Source: Candidatus Micrarchaeia archaeon (GTDB lineage Archaea > Micrarchaeota > Micrarchaeia > CABMEP01). From it: a stretch of 64,000 nt of DNA. Each line of letters starts with the position of its first letter. Within the stretch, counting starts at the first letter, position 1. The position numbers and the translations under genes were made by a program. The stretch spans positions 31,821 to 95,820 of the forward strand of contig JAVZRC010000002.1 of NCBI GenBank assembly GCA_038880755.1, in the 5' to 3' direction. Shown piece after piece: positions 25,149-35,219 of the stretch. The notes beneath the pieces were generated by a model, which searched no databases, was not told where the DNA came from, and saw only the letters and a program-made list of their open reading frames with translations.

Positions 25149-26465
25149 TCATTTGGTGCTTTCTTTATTTAGTCTTTCTTCCAATTCTTTTAGTACACGT
25201 CTTAATCTCTCAAGTTCTTCATTATATTTTTGAATCTCATCTTTCCTTTCATTATTTTTCTTTGAGTCTGGTTGATCATTCTGTGTTTTTTGCAATTGTT
25301 CCTTCTCTTTTTTTGCTTCAGGTTTTATACTTAATGCACTAGGTTTTGAATCCGTTTTCCCAATAGGATTGGTTGTTTTAGCTTCGTTCTTTGTTTTCTC
25401 TTCTTTTTTGACTTCTTTTATCTGTTGGTCCTTTTTCTTTTTATTCTGAATGTGAAAATAAGAATTCCATATCTTGCTGATTATTGAATCTGATTCTTTA
25501 TTTACACGTATAAAATCATCTATGAATTTTTCAATTTCTGGATAAAGTCTGAGATACTTGCTTACACAAGTTGCAAAGTTGTCACCTTGCCACCAATTAT
25601 TCACAATATATTTGTTATGACCACGATTATAAAAGTGATAAATCATAAGGAGATCTTCTGCTTTAAGGCGCTCAATTTTTGCATCCGTTGGAGCTACAGT
25701 ACTTATTCCATCTCTTAGATAATAAAGCGCAAGTATTATCTGAGCAGTTGTATCTTTTCTCCAGTCTTTTCGTTCATTTATCAATTTATTTATGTACTCA
25801 TCACTTCTTCCATACTTATTGAACATCAATGCCATTGTATCTGGCATTACTTGCATGGGGGATAATTCGCCTGACTTTCCTATCTTTTTTACAAATCTGG
25901 ATTCTGCAACTGCAACTAAGTATGCAATTCTTGGATCTATACCAAGTCTCATTGCATGATATTTTATGTCTGGCCAGTGCTCAAGCGCTCCTCTGAATAT
26001 TGTTCGTTCTTCATCATTCAGATTTCCATTTAGCTTTTTGATCAGATTCTCAAGCTCTTCTTTATTCCATCTTCTTAACGTTTCCTTTATGATCTTCACT
26101 TCTTTTGATGTGTATCTCTTTCCTTCATCAGAATTAGATGAATTGATTCCCTTTTCAACCTTTTTTTGCATGCTTTCAATAGGAGTGTTCAGGACCCTTC
26201 CATCTTTGGTCCTGCATTCTGAACAAAAGTTTTTACCAAATTTTTCACCTTTGCATGTCTCGCCCGGTTGCAATGTAAATAGATACAGTCTACTTCCTTT
26301 AGGACAAAAGTCTGCTTTATCATAATCTGCATTACCCATTCTTGGAGAAGAAAAGATTAAAGAAGCTGATAGAAAAAGGGAACTCCAAATAATAGAAGAA
26401 TTTTTACTTTGATTAGATTTTGAAAACAAATTTTTATTTGGTTCATAATACTTATTTTCTTTCAT
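25149..26465 (-). CDS. Secreted lytic transglycosylase (SLT/GH23, VirB1-like) with a Cys-rich N-domain and K/E-rich tail
   Basis: Signal-like 'IIWSSLFLSASLIFSS'. Catalytic block 'AVAESRF', 'GELSPMQVMPDT' and 'HFYNRGHN' match the E-S / GLMQ / AYNxG motifs of Slt70-type domains. Confidence 0.7.
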   Translation of the reverse strand: MKENKYYEPNKNLFSKSNQSKNSSIIWSSLFLSASLIFSSPRMGNADYDKADFCPKGSRLYLFTLQPGETCKGEKFGKNFCSECRTKDGRVLNTPIESMQKKVEKGINSSNSDEGKRYTSKEVKIIKETLRRWNKEELENLIKKLNGNLNDEERTIFRGALEHWPDIKYHAMRLGIDPRIAYLVAVAESRFVKKIGKSGELSPMQVMPDTMALMFNKYGRSDEYINKLINERKDWRKDTTAQIILALYYLRDGISTVAPTDAKIERLKAEDLLMIYHFYNRGHNKYIVNNWWQGDNFATCVSKYLRLYPEIEKFIDDFIRVNKESDSIISKIWNSYFHIQNKKKKDQQIKEVKKEEKTKNEAKTTNPIGKTDSKPSALSIKPEAKKEKEQLQKTQNDQPDSKKNNERKDEIQKYNEELERLRRVLKELEERLNKESTK

Positions 26466-26590
26466 GTAAAATTTAATGCAAAAGATATATATAAATATTT
26501 CGTTATAGAGGCTTTGTAGAAATCTTCTTTCTCATTAAAGTTCTCTTTGTAGGATTTTTAGAAGCTGTTAAGCAGAACTCTAAAAGGATT

Positions 26591-26935
26591 TTATCCTATT
26601 AACTCTTTACCATTCTCTGGATTTCTTATCTTTTCAACAAGTGAGAGATATTCTTCTTTTATTTCTCTATAGTCACCCAATTCTGAAATTCTTTGTGAAA
26701 TTTCTTCTAAGATTAGTGAATGCTGAGGTCTCTGATCCTTCAGCCTATCTATTGCATACTGAGTTGCGCTGTTGTAGAAAAGAAATTCAGCGATTTCTTC
26801 TTTTGGCAGCTTAGACTTCTTTGACAAATCATCTAGCAGCTTCTTCTCTTTTTCATTTAATCTGTTAAAAAGTGCATTCATTTTTGACTCCTCTTTTTCT
26901 GTTCTGCCAAACTTCTGTGAACTTAATGCCAACAT
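26591..26935 (-). CDS. Hypothetical protein
   Basis: 114-aa ORF. The start may be the internal Met ('MNALFNRL'). Confidence 0.4.
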   Translation of the reverse strand: MLALSSQKFGRTEKEESKMNALFNRLNEKEKKLLDDLSKKSKLPKEEIAEFLFYNSATQYAIDRLKDQRPQHSLILEEISQRISELGDYREIKEEYLSLVEKIRNPENGKELIG

Positions 26936-26993
26936 CCCACCTTAATTATCCATACTTTTTAAGATTTATAAATCTAATTTTGCAGATTTATCT

Positions 26994-27746
26994 ATGGTCG
27001 TGTTTGAAGTTCTTATTTCTGTATTAGTAGTAAGTCTAATGTCACTGATCGGAATACTTACACTTTATTTTAAAGAAGAAACAGTAGAAAAAAGCCTTTC
27101 AATTCTTATAAGCTTGGCTGCTGGAACGTTGCTTGGAGCAGCATTCTTGGATTTGATACCTGAATCATTGGAACTCATGGAAGTAAAAAACGCAATGATT
27201 CTTGTGCTTATAGGATTTCTTTTATTTTTCGTACTAGAGAAATTTATTTTATGGCATCATTGTCACAATAAACAATGTAAACATAGAGAAAGAAAGAGAG
27301 CCCTTCCTTATTTAAATATAATTGGGGACGGAGTACATAATATAATTGATGGAATGGTTATTGCAGTCGCTTATCTGACAGATCCTTCCTTAGGAATAGT
27401 AACAACAATTGCAATTATAATGCACGAAATCCCACAGGAGATTGGTGATTTTGGAATTCTTCTATACAGTGGTTTAAACAAATGGACTGCACTCGCATTT
27501 AATTTCCTTACTGCACTAACTGCAATGATCGGAGCAATAGTAATACTGATTCTTGATGTATCATTTCAAAGCATTACTGCATTTCTCCTTCCATTAGCTG
27601 CAGGACACTTTATATATATTGCAGCTGCAGATTTAATACCTGAATTGCAGATAACCACAAGCAAGAAAGAATCTGCAATACAACTTGCAGTACTACTTAT
27701 AGGTATTCTACTTATTATATTTGTAGGTAGTATATTCGAACATTGA
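26994..27746 (+). CDS. ZIP-family metal (zinc) transporter, ZupT-like
   Basis: 'HNIIDGMVIA' and 'MHEIPQEIGDFGILL' signature helices. Multiple TM segments. Confidence 0.8.
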   Translation: MVVFEVLISVLVVSLMSLIGILTLYFKEETVEKSLSILISLAAGTLLGAAFLDLIPESLELMEVKNAMILVLIGFLLFFVLEKFILWHHCHNKQCKHRERKRALPYLNIIGDGVHNIIDGMVIAVAYLTDPSLGIVTTIAIIMHEIPQEIGDFGILLYSGLNKWTALAFNFLTALTAMIGAIVILILDVSFQSITAFLLPLAAGHFIYIAAADLIPELQITTSKKESAIQLAVLLIGILLIIFVGSIFEH

Positions 27747-28832
27747 TCAATATCTAAGTATCTCAATTAAAAAGAAAATAACTATCAAGGTTTCAAGTAT
27801 CAGCATTCTGACAGTTTGAATCCTATTTACGATAGTATTGTAAAAGCCTTCTATAATGTCAAGCTTTTCTTCTACGCTCTTTTTCCAGCTTTCAAGTTTA
27901 AATGAGTTTGAAGCTGCATTATAAACCTTGGCAAGATATGGATCGCCAACTAGTTTAAGTGCATTTTCTACTTTTTCGATAACCTGAGTTACATCAAGCT
28001 TTACCTCTTCTAATCTATTTAATGTCTTAGAAAATGGATCGATAGCTATTATTGTCCATTCAAGTTTAGATGGTGTTAATTTATCATAAGCTAAATCTAT
28101 CTCCTTATCTAATATATTATCATAAGTTCTAAGTTCAAGAAGTTCTATGTTTGCATATTCTAAAACCTCTAATGTATCTAGAGAATCTCTAGGATCGATT
28201 ATAAAAGCAGCATTCCAGTCAACAAATACTATATCATCTTCAAAGTAAGAAACAGATGTTTTAAGCGTATCTTTTATTTGTATTTCACTTAAATTTTCTG
28301 TTTCAGCTCTTAATACAGAAGCTATCTTTCCACTGTATTGACTTACAATCTCATTAACATTGATTTTTTTCTCAAATTCTTTTACAACGAATATTATATA
28401 ATCCTCATATTCAAATTTTTCTAATGGTTTTACTAATGCTTCACCTAATTCTTTCTTTATTCTCTCTATTTGTTTGATTGCTTCTTTTTCTACCACTTCG
28501 TTGTCTACAAGAACATTACTTAATTTTTCCAGTTCATCAAAAGAACCAGAAAATGGCAGTGAGAATCTTAAACTTACCACTCCGAAATCATACAATTTAA
28601 CTGTGACTTTAAAAGCTAGTTTATTATTTGGAGATATCTCTAATTGTTTTTCTCCTATAGTTATTAGATAGGGGGGCTGACTATATTTCACATATCTCGG
28701 CGTAAGCTTTGTATACTGGATCTGTGACTCGACAGGTCTTTTTCCTAATACCTTCTCAAGCTTTTCAAGATGAATCTCACTTGCGATGTCAAATGCATAA
28801 TAAATGTAAATTTTTCCTTCCTTTATTTTCAT
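27747..28832 (-). CDS. DUF155/RMD1-like protein with a C-terminal TM helix
   Basis: 'LYDFGVVSLRF', 'IVFVDWNAAFII' and a C-terminal 'LILETLIVIFFLIEIL' resemble the DUF155 pattern. Its stop abuts the ZIP gene stop (TGATCA). Confidence 0.45.
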   Translation of the reverse strand: MKIKEGKIYIYYAFDIASEIHLEKLEKVLGKRPVESQIQYTKLTPRYVKYSQPPYLITIGEKQLEISPNNKLAFKVTVKLYDFGVVSLRFSLPFSGSFDELEKLSNVLVDNEVVEKEAIKQIERIKKELGEALVKPLEKFEYEDYIIFVVKEFEKKINVNEIVSQYSGKIASVLRAETENLSEIQIKDTLKTSVSYFEDDIVFVDWNAAFIIDPRDSLDTLEVLEYANIELLELRTYDNILDKEIDLAYDKLTPSKLEWTIIAIDPFSKTLNRLEEVKLDVTQVIEKVENALKLVGDPYLAKVYNAASNSFKLESWKKSVEEKLDIIEGFYNTIVNRIQTVRMLILETLIVIFFLIEILRY

Positions 28833-29085
28833 GATCCCACCAGAATGATAATACGTGTTCGCAAAAATCAGTACTATACAATATATCGTGATGAAATATT
28901 ATAAATGAATAGCCTAATAGAAAGATTTATAAATATTAACTGCTTCATTATAAGCACTAATAATATAAATCTAAGTGTTTTATATAGACGGTGATCGTAA
29001 AACTTAATTCTTTTGCTTCAAGTGGTCAAATCTTTTAAAGATTTTGATTTACTTGTGGCCTTTCTATAATTCTAGAGGTGTATAA

Positions 29086-29994
29086 ATGGTTAAAGAAAAA
29101 TGCCCAGAATGTGGTAGCACAAAACTTATTAGAGACTATGAGCGAGGCGAAGTAGTCTGTGGAGAATGCGGATTCGTTATATCCGAGAATATGTTTGATT
29201 CAGGTCCAGAGTGGAGAGCCTTTGACAGCGAGCAGATGGAGAAGAGAGCAAGAAGCGGTGCTCCATTGAAGCTGACAAGGCCAAACAAGGGATTGGTAAC
29301 TGATATTGATCAGTACAATAGAGACATCAGAGGAGTAAAGATCAGCTCCAAGAAGCAGGCACAGTTCTATAGAATGAGAAAGTGGCACAAGAGAGCTTCA
29401 GTCTCATCCTCAATGGAAAGAAACCTTCAAATTGCTTTAAGTGAGCTTGCAAGAATATCCTCATATTTAGGACTTTCAGAATCTATCCAAGAAGCAGCTG
29501 CTTTACTTTACAGAAAGGCAGTTGAAAAGGGATTGATAAGAGGAAGACTCATTGAAAGCGTGGTTGCTGCAGTAGTGTATGCAGTATGCAGAGATTATGG
29601 AATCCCAAGAACCCTTGATGAAATAGCAGAAATTGCAGGAGTTGAAAAGAAGGAAATAGGAAGAACCTACAGGTTCATAATGCACGAGCTTGATATGAAA
29701 GTTCCGCTTACAGACCCAAGAGAATATATATCAAGATTCGTTACTGCATTAAAACTCAGCGGAAAGGTGCAGGAGCTTGCAATAAAATTATTGCAAAAAG
29801 CAATGAGCAAAGGACTTGTCTCTGGAAGAGGTCCGACTGGAGTGGCTGCAGCTGCAGTATACATTGCTTCTGCAATGATTGGAGAAAGAAGAACGCAAAA
29901 GGAAGTTGCTGAGGTTGCAGGAGTTACAGAGGTAACTATCAGAAACAGATACAGAGAACTCAAAGACGAACTCAAAATAGACGTAGATCTCTAA
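29086..29994 (+). CDS. tfb: Transcription initiation factor TFB (TFIIB)
   Basis: Zn-ribbon 'CPECGSTKLIRDYERGEVVCGECG'. Two cyclin-fold repeats ('RGRLIESVVAAVVYAVCR', 'GRGPTGVAAAAVYIAS'). GAGGTG SD. Confidence 0.95.
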   Translation: MVKEKCPECGSTKLIRDYERGEVVCGECGFVISENMFDSGPEWRAFDSEQMEKRARSGAPLKLTRPNKGLVTDIDQYNRDIRGVKISSKKQAQFYRMRKWHKRASVSSSMERNLQIALSELARISSYLGLSESIQEAAALLYRKAVEKGLIRGRLIESVVAAVVYAVCRDYGIPRTLDEIAEIAGVEKKEIGRTYRFIMHELDMKVPLTDPREYISRFVTALKLSGKVQELAIKLLQKAMSKGLVSGRGPTGVAAAAVYIASAMIGERRTQKEVAEVAGVTEVTIRNRYRELKDELKIDVDL

Positions 29995-30035
29995 ATTGTC
30001 AAAGCAATATAGTACAATGATTTAATGGTGAAAAT

Positions 30036-30476
30036 ATGAAAACAATAGAAAAAACAATTGGTAAAAATGAATATCTGAAATCAGTAGTTGAACAATACTA
30101 CTATAAGAAAAGTGAAAAACCTACACGAAAAGGCTGGAAGCTTCTTGAAGAAGGAGATAGAAAAGGATTTGAACAGCTGATGAAGGAATACAGAAAAGTG
30201 AAAAAGACATCAGACAAGGTATGCGTAATCCTAAAGGCTGTTGAAAAGGCTAACACTGAAGCAAGGATAAATACTATTTCCAAAGAGATTGCTTCAACAA
30301 CTGATACTGGAATGATAATAAACATAATAGATACTGCATATCCTGATAGCCAGATCGCAAGAAAAGTGATAGAAACAGTACATGCTGAATGCTATACAAA
30401 CATGGCAAGAAAAACAAGCGAAATAATTGAAAGAGCAAAGGAACTCAGAGACATAATAAAATCCTTTAATCTATAA
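30036..30476 (+). CDS. Hypothetical protein
   Basis: 146-aa ORF immediately downstream of tfb. No motif recognised. Confidence 0.5.
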   Translation: MKTIEKTIGKNEYLKSVVEQYYYKKSEKPTRKGWKLLEEGDRKGFEQLMKEYRKVKKTSDKVCVILKAVEKANTEARINTISKEIASTTDTGMIINIIDTAYPDSQIARKVIETVHAECYTNMARKTSEIIERAKELRDIIKSFNL

Positions 30477-30507
30477 TTTTCTTTTTTCTATTTTTTCTAT
30501 TTTTATT
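30477..30507 (+). terminator. Oligo-T terminator-like element with tandem TTTTTTCTA
   Basis: TTTTCTTTTTTCTATTTTTTCTATTTTTATT starts 1 nt after the stop of 30036-30476. Confidence 0.45.
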
Positions 30508-31660
30508 ACTGAATTTTTACATTCATCGCTTCAATTACGTCTTTTATATTTGCATTTGTCTTTATAGCAGTTAAATTGAAATTAGTCCTTGAAACAGAAA
30601 AGCCCTTTAATTTAAGTGCGTTGAACACATCCTCAAACTTTGGAGAAGGAATATCATATTTGTCAGCAATGGCATGCAGATCAAAATAAAATGGCGGCAT
30701 GCTGCTCTCTGCTTTCATCAGATTAAGAATAGAGTCTATCTCCTTCTTGCTTTCATAGCCTCTTTCTCTGTTCAGACCAATCATTCTCTCAATCAGTTCC
30801 GCATCATATATTTGCCCAAGCCAAAGATCGCCGGCCCAGTCAAGATTTGAACCGCAAAGCTCGCATTTTTTATCAATGTTTGGCCTATCAAAAGTCCTGA
30901 TGTCGCCACATCTTTGGCATAGCGAAACAAAGCCTAGCTGAAGCATTGAATCATAAGCTGATTTTGCTGACTTTTCAACTCTGAGGATTACTTTCATGTA
31001 ATGCCTCTTCGAAAGAGAAAATACCGGCTTTATTCCTAGATGAAGAGGGGCTGCAGTTTTGACTACATTTCCTATCAATATCCTTAATCCCACCTCATGA
31101 CATATTGAGCTTTGCATAGGCTTTGAACCATAATTGATTATGCATGCCCTAGGATGGGCGCCGCACAAAACTGCAGTATCTGTAGCTGTTACTGAAAGAA
31201 AGCCTTTTTTCGAAGCCCTAAGATTCAGAAGCGCAGCCCTTATGAAAGGCACTGGTGAACCGAATGGATCCAATTCAATGAAGTTATATTTCATTCCTCC
31301 CCTGTATAGATGATGATTTATATCATCATTCACGACGTTCGTAGAAATTGACTTCTCTTTTAGCATGTTCAATTCTATATTTTTAGAGATGATGTCACAT
31401 GCAACCTGATCTCCATCAACAAATGTAATATGCTCAATATTTCCATTTTCTATTGCATATCTGATTCCTCTTATCCCTGATGCTGCCATTCCGTCGCATA
31501 TTCTTAACGGCATTCCTTCGTTTTTTGATAATTCAGTTGCTAATCCACCCACCACTAGAGAAGAAATGTCTCTGTTAAATCTCATATGTGGATTATAAAA
31601 AACAGAGTCCATGACTATAATTTTTGCTTTTCCCTCTTCAATGAATTTAGTTTCGTTCAT
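30506..31660 (-). CDS. trm1: tRNA (guanine26-N2)-dimethyltransferase Trm1
   Basis: 'FYNPHMRFNRDISSLV' N-terminal signature. SAM-binding 'DGMAASGIRGIRYA'. Zn Cys pairs 'CQRCGD...CELCGS'. Confidence 0.85.
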   Translation of the reverse strand: MNETKFIEEGKAKIIVMDSVFYNPHMRFNRDISSLVVGGLATELSKNEGMPLRICDGMAASGIRGIRYAIENGNIEHITFVDGDQVACDIISKNIELNMLKEKSISTNVVNDDINHHLYRGGMKYNFIELDPFGSPVPFIRAALLNLRASKKGFLSVTATDTAVLCGAHPRACIINYGSKPMQSSICHEVGLRILIGNVVKTAAPLHLGIKPVFSLSKRHYMKVILRVEKSAKSAYDSMLQLGFVSLCQRCGDIRTFDRPNIDKKCELCGSNLDWAGDLWLGQIYDAELIERMIGLNRERGYESKKEIDSILNLMKAESSMPPFYFDLHAIADKYDIPSPKFEDVFNALKLKGFSVSRTNFNLTAIKTNANIKDVIEAMNVKIQ

Positions 31661-31751
31661 ATCTATTTAATATGCAACAAGATTAATAATATTTATCAAA
31701 AATATACTTCAAAATATTATATGATTTCAAAATATTGCGTAAAGTGATAAA

Positions 31752-32060
31752 ATGAAAAAAATTGCAAAGGTAAATGAAATCCCTGGCAACGGATGCAAAA
31801 TTTTTGAAGTTGATAGAAGGAAAATCGCTGTCTACAATATCTCTGGGAAAATATATGCGGCTGATGCCGAATGCACCCATATGAAAGGACCTCTTTGTAA
31901 AGGAAGAACGATAATAGAGGAAGGGAAACCTTATGTGCAATGTCCCTGGCATGGAGCTGTTTTTGATTTAGAAACAGGTCAACCAATGAGCGGTCCTGCA
32001 AAAAATCCAATTAAAATATACAAAATAAAGATAGAACAAGAAGATATATATCTAGAGTAA
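31752..32060 (+). CDS. Rieske [2Fe-2S] ferredoxin-like protein
   Basis: 'CTHMKGPL' and 'CPWHGAVF' give the CxH...CxxH Rieske ligands. Confidence 0.8.
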   Translation: MKKIAKVNEIPGNGCKIFEVDRRKIAVYNISGKIYAADAECTHMKGPLCKGRTIIEEGKPYVQCPWHGAVFDLETGQPMSGPAKNPIKIYKIKIEQEDIYLE

Positions 32061-32152
32061 GATTAAACAGATTAGACGGATTAAACTAATTTAAAGCCAA
32101 AAAAATAGAGAGGTAGAAAAGATAAAATAAAAAGATAAAACAAACAATCTAT

Positions 32153-32632
32153 TTAGTATAGGATTGAGTTTACTTTGTGCATTATCATGAATGCAGCAAA
32201 ATAGGAGACAAATGCATGAAGAGATGTCCATCCTCCAGTGTACATAAGCACGCCCTGGCTAACTAGGATTGCTTCTATTGCTGTTCCTGCTGCTGCAATC
32301 CATACGCTGCTAAAGAAACCTAATTTAGTATCAAATTTTCTTGGAAACAGAACTGCATATGTGAAGCCTGCGCAAAATGCAATTCCCATAACTTCTATTG
32401 GAACTGCCCCTAATTGCAATATGCTTCCAGATGTATACCAGTATCCTAGTAAAAGGCCAAGATTTTCAAATATAAAATCAAACACCAAAAGGAAAATTCC
32501 CAATTTGATTGCACGCGAATTCAATTCCTTTAATTTTGATTTTGGGGTCTTATCTTTTACAAGATAATAAATAGTGCCCCATATACCTATTGCTGTAAAG
32601 AGAAGAAAAACCCATATGCTCATTGTTAACAA
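32153..32632 (-). CDS. Integral membrane protein, unknown function
   Basis: 159 aa with ~5 hydrophobic helices. Confidence 0.5.
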   Translation of the reverse strand: MLTMSIWVFLLFTAIGIWGTIYYLVKDKTPKSKLKELNSRAIKLGIFLLVFDFIFENLGLLLGYWYTSGSILQLGAVPIEVMGIAFCAGFTYAVLFPRKFDTKLGFFSSVWIAAAGTAIEAILVSQGVLMYTGGWTSLHAFVSYFAAFMIMHKVNSILY

Positions 32633-32719
32633 ATCCTCACCTCATTAGCTTGATTTGATTAGTTGATCTTAATAATATTATTTTAAATAGTTCATATTAT
32701 TTTAAAGTATAGTATAGAT

Positions 32720-33805
32720 TCAGTCTTTCATAAGATATTCATCAATGCTCTCTAAATACTTCTTTACCTTTGGCTGGAATTCATTCAAATATTTCTCTAC
32801 ATGGAATGCAAGAAGTTGCTTTGTTTCTCCATCAAGTATTTTTCCTGCCCTATAGTCATCCTTCAGTTTTTGGAATTCAGAATCGCTCTCAATAAAATGT
32901 GCGCCTAAATATTCAATCACTACCGACTTCTCAGGATCTCCACCATATTTTCTTTGCTCTTCCACAGTTGGCTGGCCGCCGGTCAATGCCTGCATACAAA
33001 GCTTTGCTGCTTTTTTCGGATCCTCATCCAAGAAAATCGCACTTCCAGGCTTACTCTTTGACATCTTGCTTCCACCTTTCAATCCCCTAAGGAAGCGCAT
33101 ATGAACTGTTGCTGGCTTGATAAAGCTTGCTCTGTCAGCTATGTCTCTTGCAAGCCTAAGATGCGGATCTTGGTCTATTGCAATTGGAACAAGGACATGA
33201 TGTGGACCATCAAGCTCTTGTGGAAGTAAAATATCTGCAGCTTGAACAACAGGATAAAACCATTGACCTGGATTCTTTGACATATCAAATCCATATATTG
33301 CCTTTATCTCATTCATAGTGCAATGCCTTGATAGCTTTATTGCAAGATTGTATATTTTAGTATACTGCTGATGAATCAAAATCCTTGTCTTTTTAGGATC
33401 AAAACCCAATGCCAGCAGTTGAGCAGATATCAATTTTGCATTTTCAAGCGATTCTTTCTGGTCTTTTGCCTTTCCTGTTACATATGCCTCGTCATCAGAA
33501 ATTGTAAGAAGAACTGGAAGATTATATTCTTTTTGCAATGCAACTACTAGATCCATTGTCCATTTATGCCCAAGATGGAGCGAACCGGATGCATTTACTC
33601 CAGTTATTATTGATGCTTTATCTCCTTTCTCTATCGCAGATAGAAATTTATCGAAATCCCTGTGAGAGAATACAAAGCCTCGCCTGAAAGCCTTATAGTT
33701 TGGAAGCTTTTTGATTGTTGAAATAGGCTGCGTCCCAAATTCCTCTACAAGCTTCTGATAGTTTATTTCTTCATCTGAAACATCAAATGGATCAATATGC
33801 TGCAT
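32720..33805 (-). CDS. trpS: Tryptophanyl-tRNA synthetase (archaeal/eukaryal type)
   Basis: 'DPFDVSDEEINYQKLVEEFG' N-terminal signature. 'FRRGFVFSHRD'. HIGH-type 'GSLHLGH'. 'KMSKS'. Confidence 0.85.
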   Translation of the reverse strand: MQHIDPFDVSDEEINYQKLVEEFGTQPISTIKKLPNYKAFRRGFVFSHRDFDKFLSAIEKGDKASIITGVNASGSLHLGHKWTMDLVVALQKEYNLPVLLTISDDEAYVTGKAKDQKESLENAKLISAQLLALGFDPKKTRILIHQQYTKIYNLAIKLSRHCTMNEIKAIYGFDMSKNPGQWFYPVVQAADILLPQELDGPHHVLVPIAIDQDPHLRLARDIADRASFIKPATVHMRFLRGLKGGSKMSKSKPGSAIFLDEDPKKAAKLCMQALTGGQPTVEEQRKYGGDPEKSVVIEYLGAHFIESDSEFQKLKDDYRAGKILDGETKQLLAFHVEKYLNEFQPKVKKYLESIDEYLMKD

Positions 33806-33824
33806 ATCATCACTTTTCAGTAAT

Positions 33825-34526
33825 TCAGAAATAAAGATACTGATTTGGGTATACTTTTATTCCGTCCTTATCAATCTTGTATGGCACTGGCTTCTTTATG
33901 ATATCGCTGCCTCTCATCTTTACTACTTCAAGAGTTTTGATCGTGTATCCTTTATTCTGAATGTCAGTAAGCTTTATCACTCCGTCGCAAAGCGGCTCTA
34001 TTCCAATCTCTTCTGTTCCTGACTTTGCTTCTGAAATTAAGAGGGTGGTTGTACCCCAGCTTCTCAATGTATCAATCAATTTCATCATTTCTTGCCTTTT
34101 CTTTTGCTCATCTTCATAAAGCATTGTCAATGGAGTGATTGGGTCTATTACAAGCCGTTCTATCTCGAGCTCGACTATAAGGTTGAACAGAGTGTTTTCC
34201 TGAGAAAGGAATTCCTTAGCTTCATGGATTGGATACTCGATGAATATGAATTTCTTCTGCGCCTCGTAAGCTGAAAAATTCCATCCGAATTTTGCAAGGT
34301 TCCTGTACATTGATCTCTTTCTCTCGTCAAAAGATATATAGAAACCGCTTTCCTTGTAATCAGTTATCCCCTTATAAAGAAATTGTGATGCAAGAATAGA
34401 CTTACCAGAACCTGTACCTCCAGATACAAGAACCACGCTGCCTTTAGGCAATCCCCCACCAAGCATGTGGTCCAACCCTTCTATTCCAACTGGGGCAATT
34501 CCTGCCTTAATCGTCATTTTCTTCAC
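33825..34526 (-). CDS. KaiC/RadA-like RecA-superfamily ATPase
   Basis: 'GIEGLDHMLGGGLPKGSVVLVSGGTGSGKS' (Walker A). Walker B-like 'ERLVIDP'. Confidence 0.75.
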   Translation of the reverse strand: MKKMTIKAGIAPVGIEGLDHMLGGGLPKGSVVLVSGGTGSGKSILASQFLYKGITDYKESGFYISFDERKRSMYRNLAKFGWNFSAYEAQKKFIFIEYPIHEAKEFLSQENTLFNLIVELEIERLVIDPITPLTMLYEDEQKKRQEMMKLIDTLRSWGTTTLLISEAKSGTEEIGIEPLCDGVIKLTDIQNKGYTIKTLEVVKMRGSDIIKKPVPYKIDKDGIKVYPNQYLYF

Positions 34527-34582
34527 CTTTATCTATTAATTATCTATAACCTTTGTTCAATAAGATGAAACAAATTGCAAAT

Positions 34583-35098
34583 TCATTCCTTTTTATCTTC
34601 TTTTTGCAAAAGCTCCTTTCCTCTTTCAGCCCTTGCATCCAATATCTTTGCCAGTTTCTTTCTCTCCTCTGGAGTCATTGTTCTTTCAACTATCTCCTTC
34701 AGAAGGTTTGAGATTGTATGAACATGATCTAATATCAATGCCTGAGCATCGTGCTGCTTTATTACTATTTCATTTGGCTTTATTATTTCAACCCCTATCG
34801 GGCCGTAATTGTCACATATCCTTGCAAGGGATGGAAAATTCTTTGTAAGAATTGTTACCTTTGCTGCAGCTGAGAAATCCCCGCCTTCAAGAGGTATTGC
34901 TCTTTCGATATCTCCTACACAGTAAACAACATCCTTTTCTGAATTCAGCCTTCCCACTAACTCAACAAGAAGCTGCTCTATCTTTTCTTTGTCTTTTCCT
35001 ATAGCATCGAAATACAAAGTAGAAAGCACGCCACCTTCTTCTATTGTTTTTTCTGTTAATTGCTTTATATTTTTGATCTCTTTCTTTTCATTTGACAT
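34583..35098 (-). CDS. Hypothetical protein
   Basis: 171-aa ORF. No motif recognised. Confidence 0.5.
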   Translation of the reverse strand: MSNEKKEIKNIKQLTEKTIEEGGVLSTLYFDAIGKDKEKIEQLLVELVGRLNSEKDVVYCVGDIERAIPLEGGDFSAAAKVTILTKNFPSLARICDNYGPIGVEIIKPNEIVIKQHDAQALILDHVHTISNLLKEIVERTMTPEERKKLAKILDARAERGKELLQKEDKKE

Positions 35099-35219
35099 TA
35101 TAACACCTTCGTATTTAATCGTTTAATGCTTTAAATCTTAATAATATTATTTGCCAAGATATAATAATCTTGTTTTATAATGATCTAAGTAACCCCTGAT
35201 ATACGCAGTTAATAATACG

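Noticed and set aside
11352-26465. Calling the VirB4 region an integrated conjugative element or plasmid
   Set aside because: I recognised no integrase, relaxase, VirD4/TraG coupling protein, replication initiator or flanking att-type direct repeats in the window. A mobile_element feature is therefore not supportable.
28888-28894. C-box-like 'GTGATGA' in the tfb upstream region (possible C/D box sRNA)
   Set aside because: No CTGA D box at the expected distance and no terminal stem. It is probably chance.
31683-32010. Minus-strand ORFs 31683-31952 and 31717-32010 opposite the Rieske gene
   Set aside because: The plus-strand frame carries the complete CxH...CxxH Rieske ligand set. The antisense ORFs have no motifs.
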